The notes below the pieces were generated by a model. That model worked only from the letters and a program-made list of their open reading frames with translations. It searched no databases and was not told the DNA's origin. The position numbers and the translations under genes are program-made. A stretch of DNA of 63,178 nt, filler included, from Octopus bimaculoides (lineage: Eukaryota), in assembly GCF_001194135.2 (NCBI RefSeq). It is 4 parts of 4 records of this genome, joined end to end, with 100 filler letters (N's around TTAATTAATTAA, not from the genome) between each part and the next. Parts side by side here need not be neighbours in the genome. Positions count along the whole stretch, not along the records: positions 53,554 to 63,178 come from NC_068981.1; 3 more parts are not named here. One strand, given 5' to 3'. Below are positions 54,764 through 63,178 of the stretch, in pieces (within the stretch, counting starts at the first letter, position 1; each line of letters begins with the position of its first letter).

Positions 54764-55673
54764 ATGAAAGTATCGGCGCCTGAACCGTGAATCGAAACTG
54801 TAATACCAGGCTTCCATATTCTATTACCAATACCTTACTTCAGGTTTTCATTCACTTCACTGTCAATCACTTTATTATTGTTTTTTAAACACATCCATGC
54901 TCGACAACTTCCTCATATTAATTTTGTTGGGGCGAGGAGTCTAATTTGTGACAGTAATTAACTTCTATGAGTTTGAATTAAGTTCATTGAATTCCAAAGA
55001 TAGCTGACTGTACACAACGATACATTGATTCCTTTTGATTAAACAAGGTGGCTCTTTATTTTAAGAGAAGTGGAAAGAGGTTATTTTTATAATTTTCCCC
55101 ATGAACTCCCTGATAAAGTTCATGGGGAAAATTGAAATATTCTTCGATTAGGTAGCTAAACTTGACTTGCAAGGAACTTGTTCTTCTATGGCACTTACCT
55201 CAAACATAGCAATTCATTACAGAAACTATCTTTCTATTTCCCCATAATGTTTCCGGTGAAAAGTTCGTCTTTAAATGCGTTTTTTTTCCTTCTGATTCTT
55301 GCATTTGCACGTTTCTGTACCTATAGAAAAAGCTTTCGAAATTGTGGGTTCTAAAAACATCCCAGATTAAAATGTTTATGTATAAAAAATTTAATTTCTC
55401 TTTCGTTATTTCAGAATACAGCGATGTAAATATTTTAAAGTCCAGCATATTGCAACGTAAAATTTAAGCTTCTGTGACTGATTTTTAGATGACCTCCCCC
55501 CTCTCCAAAAAAAATAAAAACAAATAAACAAACAGAAATGTTGTATTAAAACTGACACTAAAGTCTGATTATTATAAACACTAAGACCTAACTCGTTTAG
55601 AGAGTGAATTGTATTTTTTAATACAAGCATAAAGTTTTAGATATTTAGGCTGAGAGATGAATAGAAGGTTAAA

Positions 55674-56940
55674 CACGAGGGCCAGCTGAGGGTCGGCTGA
55701 AAAGTTCATAGGCTGACTAAAATACTCCCATGGAATGTGACAAAATGAGGTTAATTTTTCAACATAGTCGTCCTTGCGGTCCATACACTTCTTCCATTGG
55801 TATTGCAGTATTTGGATCCTATTGGTGAAGAAGCTTTCATTTTGTTCGTCAAAAAAGTCATCAACAGCAGATATGACGTTGTCATCATTGCGATACTGGT
55901 TCTCAGCCAACTGTATTTTCATGTTGGGGAACCGATTATAGTCAGATGGGACATAATCAGGAGAAAAAGGAAGGTGATCAACCAGTTCAAAGCCACAGTC
56001 ACGCACAACAGCCATTGAAACGAAGGGCTTGTGTGTTGAAGCATTGTCTTGATGAAACAAGACACCTTTCGTCAGTTTTCCTAGGCGTTTGGTCTTCAAA
56101 ACCTTTCTTAACTGCCTCAGTAAGTTGGCTTAATACTCTCCATTGTGACCTTTTTGAAGATAGTAAATATACACAATGCTTTTTGCATCTCAAAAAAACT
56201 GAGGCCATCCTCGCAGATGAAATTACATTTGCCTTTTTGGAGCAGGCGAGGAGGGGTATTTTCAGTGCGTGTATTATCTGTTTGTCTCTGGCTTAAAGTT
56301 ATGAACCAAACACCCATCCTGGGTTAAGTGTCCAAGGAAACCAGCTGGATCTGCCTCAAATAATGTCATATATTGCCGTGATGTAATAAACCTGGTGCGC
56401 TGTTGATCAGGTGTCAGAAAACGTGGTATCCATTGAGCAGAAACGTTCGTCATATTAAGTTCATCGTGCAGAATATTCTCAACTTTCTCATGGGGGTATG
56501 CTAATAGCATTGGCTATTTGATTTATAGTCAATCGCCTATCATCCATCAGAATGTGGTGAACACGATCATTGTTTTATTCGGTGGTGGAAGTTACAGGAT
56601 ATCCAAACATCGAGTCATCTTCAAGACTCCTCTTTCCTCTCCTAAATTCAGTTGCCCACTTTTGCTCTGTTGATAAACCTACAGTGTCATTCCCTAATGT
56701 AGCAACCATGTCAGTTTGAATATCCTTGGGGGTTAAACCCTTTTTCTGCACGACGATGTCAAATTTTGTCGATTTTCAAGAGAAGTCTCTACTACTTATT
56801 TTAGAACAGTCAGATGTCAGTTTACCTGGAAAGAAACAATGCAGTTATTAGTAAGCAGGGTTGAAATTAATGCATGCAAGATTTCACAGCTCTCGCACCA
56901 CTCCTTCATAGTCAACCTACGAAAACAGCCCACCCTCGTA
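55674..56940 (-). mobile_element. Full-length, inactivated mariner (DD34D) element
   Basis: TIRs GAGGGTCGGCTGAAAAGTTCATAGGCTGACTA (left) and TACGAGGGTGGGCTGTTTTCGTAGGTTGACTA (right, read on the minus strand), ~1.27 kb. Transposase pieces SAQWIPRFLT and FHQDNAS-x-SPDYVPSDY with 34 residues between the Asps; frameshifts and stops. Confidence 0.92.
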
Positions 56941-57161
56941 TAATTGTTTTCTGGGAAGTCTGAGTTCAGAAACAATGAAATTGACTCTGAAATTTGGCAT
57001 TGGTAGATGACAACTGAAGACGAAACTGATCCACAAAGGTGACAAATTTCTGGTACTCATCGTATTCCATTGTTTGTGGACAGAAACAAAGGGATAGTTT
57101 GCTCAAAAGAAAGATAGATAAAAGGAAACACGCCAAGAACTGATAATCAACTAAAGAAATA

Positions 57162-57167
57162 TTTATT
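57162..57167 (-). terminator. Candidate polyadenylation signal of the carboxypeptidase gene
   Basis: AATAAA on the minus strand about 125 nt after the stop codon. Confidence 0.45.
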
Positions 57168-57291
57168 TCTATTTGAGACCAGTGCAAAGACAGAAACTAC
57201 AACCAGCATTAGAAGAAATAACAGATATTACAGATGGGGATATCTTGAAACGATGTCTGTTCTGATATGTTCTCCAGAAGAGTTCGAGTGG

Positions 57292-57536
57292 TTACGTGCG
57301 ACGTTTACGAGATCTCCGTCGTCTCTTTGTTCTTCGTTTACGTTGTCGCCGTGACTTTTTAGAAAGACCCTGAGCAAAAGCTTTCAGCCCGACGAATGTC
57401 TCCTCACAGGTTTTTGGTATGAGTTTTCGTGGAAGCAAGAAGCCGTAATGTCCAAGATCACGTAATTCAACAGTGTAAGCATATTTGATGCCATGGTTCG
57501 CTTTGGCATAGTCATCAGAAGCACCACTTGCAATAT
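57292..57536 (-). CDS. M14A carboxypeptidase (B-type), last exon
   Basis: Acceptor tttatctgttgtag|, phase 1: (Y)IASGASDDYAKANHGIKYAYTVELRDLGHYGFLLPRKLIPKTCEETFVGLKAFAQGLSKKSRRQRKRRTKRRRRSRKRRT*. Contains Tyr248, Asp255 and Glu270 equivalents. Confidence 0.95.
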
Positions 57537-58243
57537 CTACAACAGATAAATTTCAATTTAAAAATTAAACTATTCCAATAAACGGAGTTTATGGTATGGT
57601 TTTAACGGGCTAGTGGCTGAAAATTTAAACTGTATGAAACGTATTGACCTATTCTTTCATTAGTACACATATTTGTGTGTGTGTTTGTGTGTTTGTGTGT
57701 AGTTTTTAACTTTTACTTGTCTTTTACAGTTTTTATACTGCGGCCAGGCTGGGGCATAACCTTGANNNNNNNNNNNNNNNNNNNNNNNNNNNNNNNNNNN
57801 NNNNNNNNNNNNNNNNNNNNNNNNNNNNNNNNNNNNNNNNNNNNNNNNNNNNNNNNNNNNNNNNNNNNNNNNNNNNNNNNNNNNNNNNNNNNNNNNNNNN
57901 NNNNNNNNNNNNNNNNNNNNNNNNNNNNNNNNNNNNNNNNNNNNNNNNNNNNNNNNNNNNNNNNNNNNNNNNNNNNNNNNNNNNNNNNNNNNNNNNNNNN
58001 NNNNNNNNNNNNNNNNNNNNNNNNNNNNNNNNNNNNNNNNNNNNNNNNNNNNNNNNNNNNNNNNNNNNNNNNNNNNNNNNNNNNNNNNNNNNNNNNNNNN
58101 NNNNNNNNNNNNNNNNNNNNNNNNNNNNNNNNNNNNNNNNNNNNNNNNNNNNNNNNNNNNNNNNNNNNNNNNNNNNNNNNNNNNNNNNNNNNNNNNNNNN
58201 NNNNNNNNNNNNNNNNNNNNNNNNNNNNNNNNNNNNNNNNNNN

Positions 58244-58277
<34 letters not shown>

Positions 58278-58767
58278 TCAAACATACATACATACGCATG
58301 CACAAATGTAAGGTGTTTACTCTTTATGATATGTTACTCAGAAAAGCGTTTGCTCTATATTATAATGTTCACATTATCTTTACATTTTCTTAGTCGTTAC
58401 AAAATATCGGTTTTTGTAAAGACTCAGAATGAAGATGGAATAATTTTTGAAAAAAGTTTTAATATGTATGCAATTTTTGTTATGACATACATTTGTCTGT
58501 GTATATAAGAGAGTGAATATACACCAGAATATCACACAAAGTGTCAACTACATCTATAATGAAATCCAAGTTGTTAGGATGGAAGAGTTTGATATACATT
58601 GATATTAAAATAACGTAAATTACAATAGTAATTACAATGATCAGTGTTGTGACATAATAAGTTTACTGTATTAGAAGGAAGATTATTTTCCACAGCTACA
58701 CCTTTGTAAGGAGATTTGTTTCTATGGCGACAGTGATGTAATAGAAACTCTGGAGGATAAAACTTAC

Positions 58768-58852
58768 ATAGAACACGTGCCGACGAACCAACCTGGTAAC
58801 GGGTGTTGGAATAATGACGAATGGCGTTGGTAGCTCGATTGGCCAGACGGTT
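58768..58852 (-). CDS. M14A carboxypeptidase, penultimate exon
   Basis: Acceptor atatttttttag|, donor CTAT|GTAAGT, phase 0 to 1: NRLANRATNAIRHYSNTRYQVGSSARVL(Y); joins both neighbouring exons in frame. Confidence 0.93.
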
Positions 58853-61204
58853 CTAAAAAAATATAAAATATATTATGACAAATAGTTAGCCAAACTGTAA
58901 AAGGGAAAAAGCAAGAAAGGAATTAAAAGAGTGAGAAATAGTGAAATATAATTGAAAATGCATAAAATGTATCACTATAGAACATAAATGCAAGGCGGCG
59001 AGCAGGCAGAATCGTAACCGCACCGGACAAAATGCTTAGCGGCATTTCTCTCGTCTTTGCATTCTGAGTTCCACCGAGGTCGACTTTACTTTTCATCCTT
59101 TAGGAATCAATAAAATAAGTACCAGTTGAATACTGGAGTCAATGTAATCGACTTCCCCCGAACTTGCTGGTTTTATGCCAAAATTTGAAAACAAAATATA
59201 AAAGAAATACAATGTTCCTAACACTCTGTTTTGCTATTCATAGGTAAGTATTATTTTTATGATTTAAATAAATAAGTACAGTACACACTCAAGAAATATG
59301 ATATAAGTTATATTTGAGAAAAACGTCTAACAAGTATTCTTTAAAAGTAAACTTTTCAAAAAGACCGATATATTTTAGAGAAATATTGTTCATTTATCCC
59401 AGATGTCTCTCTCTCTATCTACCTCTCTCTTTATATGTCATGCTAGTTTTGAAAATGTCGGTGGTCATGGATCTCCATGCCAAGGTTTCTCTTTTCCCTG
59501 CTAATAGAATTTATATTGACTCGCGGCTATAGAAGAGGCACAGGCCCGAAGTCACGCGTTGTGGATTCGAACAAAGACCATATGACCTCGATACAATCTT
59601 CTTGACCACATGACCGTAGATTTATTCAAAGAAAAATAGAGTAAAAGTGTCATATAATAGATTGTTTCAAATGCAGATCAAGACCAGCTTTTTACTCTAT
59701 CGCCAGAACTGAGGTGTCAGACGAAATTAACCATAGCAGGATTTGAACTAAGAGTGTAGACAGGGAAGAATCTAAATAGCAGTTCATCACTTGGGTAAAA
59801 CAAAACAAAAGTTTTAGGGAGTCAACAACAATTATATAAACCTTAGTGCTTGGCTAGTACTTTGTTTTAGCGAGCCAGGACAGATGAAATGCAAAGTCGA
59901 TCTCGGTGAGGTAAATATAAATATTGGCTTCAAATTTTGGCAACAAGTTCGGAGGAGGGTTTAAGTATATTACATCAGCCCCAATCCTCAACTGGTACTT
60001 ATCTTATCGACCTCGAAAGGATGGAAGGCAAAGTCGAATTTGGCGGAATTTGAACTGAGAACCTAAAGACGGACAAAATACTGCTAAACACATCAACGAA
60101 ATATAGTTGAATTAGCAATCTGTGAAGCAGATATATTGTTGAAAGTCTGCTAAACTACGACATTCGTCTCGAGAATGCATCTTTTATAGACATATAGAAT
60201 TAAAAAAACACAGATATGCATCGGTAACGTTGCTGAATACGTTTTTCTGCTTTATTGAGCTTCGTCAGTAGCAAGTATTCACTGGCGACCTCATGCAAAT
60301 GCAAAATAAAGCGTTACAAATATAATAAAACAATGATTGAAAATTCACTGATGTCGCAATTAGCCGGAAACTGAATTAAATTTCGCAATGGGATGAAAAA
60401 CAGTATTAGTGTAATAAAATTAAAGCACTATACGCCCATAAATGATGCCTCAGTTTAGCAGGCTGTCAACAGAGAATGCTATTTTGAACCAATATTGTTT
60501 CTGTCGCTCACAGCGAATCATTGGATTATATTATAACAACCCTTGTTCTATTTATTATGTTTAATCTTCTGTATTTATGAATTTCTCATTCAAGCCAAAT
60601 TTGGAAAACTGACACACCCTTTAACGTTACATTTATCAATTACACAAATAACATCTAAGTCATGAGTTTCGAGCAAATGAAGGCAACTCTATGAAAAATC
60701 CCCCCAAATTTTATTCTATCATTTTAAGACTGGAAGACCACATTGAATAATATAGTCTATTATATGGAAAATAAAGACAACTGAGAAGGTAAATAATTTT
60801 TACTGCAACATCTCGTGATCAAATCTTTTAATACAAGCCATACTCATTAATGATAAACTAGTTGGTCATAATGTAGTCATAATTAGTCAGTGAAACTGTT
60901 AGTTGTTGCTGTCGTCATCATCACACAAGACATGTCAGTCTGTTTCCAATATGACTGTAAAATTAAAGGTTGTCACGTCGGTACATACACGCACTCATTC
61001 ATACACGCGCGCGCGCGCAAGCACACACATAACTGTAATGGATGTGTGTACATATACGTGCGTATGTGTACATATATCCCTCTCTCTTTCTTTTTCTGTG
61101 TGTGTGTCTCTCTCTCTCTCTCTCTCTGATATTGGTATGAAAGCTGCCAAGGTTCTTTGCATTGAATGAATTCATAAACACAACAGTTTAGAAAGCTTGT
61201 GCTT

Positions 61205-61570
61205 CGAGATTCCCAAACTTCCTTGAGCATACTAAGAGGATTTGGAGTTCAATTAAACATGCTAGGAAGGGACGAAATATTCTTCTGATTATCATGTTTG
61301 ACTTGACATATGCATATTGATCGGTTCTGTATACATCGCTAGACAAAGCATTGAACGTTTTGTGCATTTCAGTGGGCGTCAACGAAGTTCTAATGTTGTG
61401 TCTTGGATCAATATTCTTACGGTTTGCCACCAAATAAATTCACGATCAACTGGCAGGCATTGAAGCTAGTCATTATGACTAGAAAGGAACTGATTTTAAC
61501 GAGCAGGGAGTAGGTAGTTAAGAGCCTTGACGTAATACCCTTAGACGAAGTCACGATTGACAATCAAAGG
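61205..61570 (+). mobile_element. LINE reverse transcriptase relic (R2/NeSL-like) in the carboxypeptidase intron
   Basis: FLEHTKRIWSSIKHARKGRNILLIIMFDLTYAY*SVLY resembles the RT motif LEH...W..I..A......VW.DL.NAYGSV; later frames give NWQALKLVIM and IPLDEVTI. Confidence 0.55.
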
Positions 61571-61990
61571 CCAAATCGAGACAAGCAGTAAATGCCATTG
61601 ACAACAGCAGGTTAGAGCAGTTACAACTCGCCGTGGTATAGCATTTGGGGAATTCCACTGTTCGTGTTGGCAGAGACCGCACAGGAAATGAAAAAAATGA
61701 TTGGTGCAGTACAAAACACAAGCGATGGACTGCAATAGATACGTACATAACAGATGGATATCACACGAATAACAAATAACAATGGTCGGGAGTAATAATA
61801 ACAAATTGAATCTATTAGGCTTTTGAAATAAAATAAAAACAAAAGCATTATTGAATATTATTCTCAGAAGAAGCAATTTGTGATAGCGACTAATTGTCTT
61901 TGACAGCTGCAGATTGGCAGGGAATTTTAAGGTTCATGTTATCTATTAAGTCGTTTGACAAGGTTTATGACAATTCCAAGTGTTATGCTT

Positions 61991-62041
<51 letters not shown>

Positions 62042-62180
62042 CGTGCGTGCGTGTGTTTGTGTGTGTTTGTGTGTGTTTGTGTGTGTTTATTTGTTTGTTA
62101 TATTTGTGTGTATAGGTGCGTGCGTGCGCGTGTGTGCATGTGTATAATTGAATTCAAGGTTTCAGAAGATATTTACATAC

Positions 62181-62383
62181 CAGATCATCCACATCAGAGG
62201 GTTCTTCCATCTTGTAGCCCCATGGGTAAATCCATAATTGTCCATATGCGTGTAGACTGATATAAGCTAACAATTCACCTTGTCTCAGTCTCATGACGTT
62301 AGCTAAGGCCATGGTCTCCGGTTCAGAGAGGGCTGTTGGTCCAGCATATTCCACACTACACGGGTCACTGCTGGATCCATCCT
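62181..62383 (-). CDS. M14A carboxypeptidase exon containing the third zinc ligand
   Basis: Acceptor tttttcttcag|, donor CTG|GTATGT, phase 1 to 0: DGSSSDPCSVEYAGPTALSEPETMALANVMRLRQGELLAYISLHAYGQLWIYPWGYKMEEPSDVDDL (His196 equivalent in LHAYGQ). Upstream exons lie beyond the window end. Confidence 0.95.
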
Positions 62384-62849
62384 CTGAAGAAAAATCATGA
62401 AATAGCATATATTTTTTTAATTATTAATACACGTACAAATGCCTAAATATGTTCAGGCCAGCCCTGGTTGAGCAGAACTACAATCAAAGCCGTTCCAGCC
62501 GTTCTAACCGTGACTATCCCATCTTTTATTCAGATGTAGTTTATCGCAGGCTATATCATGTTCTATACTCTTATTTTTCAAATAACACTAATATATAATA
62601 TGAAGGAAATTTGAACGTCCTCTCGGGATTTATTGTAGGAGAGAATTTGGTAACAGTGTTGTTCGCATCATTCAATGGTGGCATTAAAAGTGCTTATATT
62701 AAAAACAAACCTGCTGCAATAGAGTGACAAATAAGCGTCCGAAATTTCAGCAATTTAAAACTGGTTTCTTGACATTTATAGATTTCACTCCCAAAATTAT
62801 TCTGCGGCAAGTCAATTCTAAATTCTATTCTGCCTATGTGTCTGTGCAC

Positions 62850-63047
62850 ACCTTTGAATGCAATGTATGCCAGAATGTTTGCAAATCTAAAGGAGGCCTC
62901 AAAAGACATTTTAAGATCTACAAAGATCAGAACTTATCTGCAGCTCTTGGTGGTCCAAATCGGATATGCAATCTATGTGCACGTCTTTTCAGGACATTGT
63001 TTGGTTTAAAAAGCCACATCAGATGCCATGATGGTTCTAAGATGTAG
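62850..63047 (+). mobile_element. Two C2H2 zinc fingers, probably the 3' end of an RTE-type LINE ORF
   Basis: CNVCQNVCKSKGGLKRHFKIY (last His lost) and CNLCARLFRTLFGLKSHIRCH, no TGEKP linker, then a stop; antisense within an intron. Confidence 0.6.
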
Positions 63048-63138
63048 GTACAGGTGATGGTCAAACGCTATTCGGTAGTTTTATCATGGCTACCGAATAA
63101 GTGTCACATATTTTTACAGATATACATACATACATACA

Positions 63139-63174
<36 letters not shown>

Positions 63175-63178
63175 TATA

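Overview
Eukaryotic, AT-rich, gap-ridden genomic scaffold dense in microsatellites, tRNA-derived SINEs, LINE and Penelope relics and mariner elements. The repeat landscape looks like an octopod cephalopod such as Octopus, but that is my inference and was not checked. The one firmly identifiable gene is the 3' end of an M14A metallocarboxypeptidase on the minus strand (3 exons, 62383 to 57292). It has Asp at the position equivalent to CPA/CPB residue 255 (carboxypeptidase-B type specificity) and an unexpected C-terminal tail with 17 basic residues in 22. A convergent plus-strand terminal exon (54345-54430) and several minus-strand exons with textbook splice sites (43455-43486, 31218-31322, 11932-12018; Ser/Tyr/Pro-rich, last one Pax2/5/8-like) point to two more genes that I cannot name. 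The most striking non-coding signal is a ~270-bp element combining a tRNA-type Pol III head with a type I hammerhead-ribozyme fold (32164-32430); a second, more decayed hammerhead fold lies at 41530-41567. Most ORFs in the supplied track are artefacts of N-runs and microsatellites.
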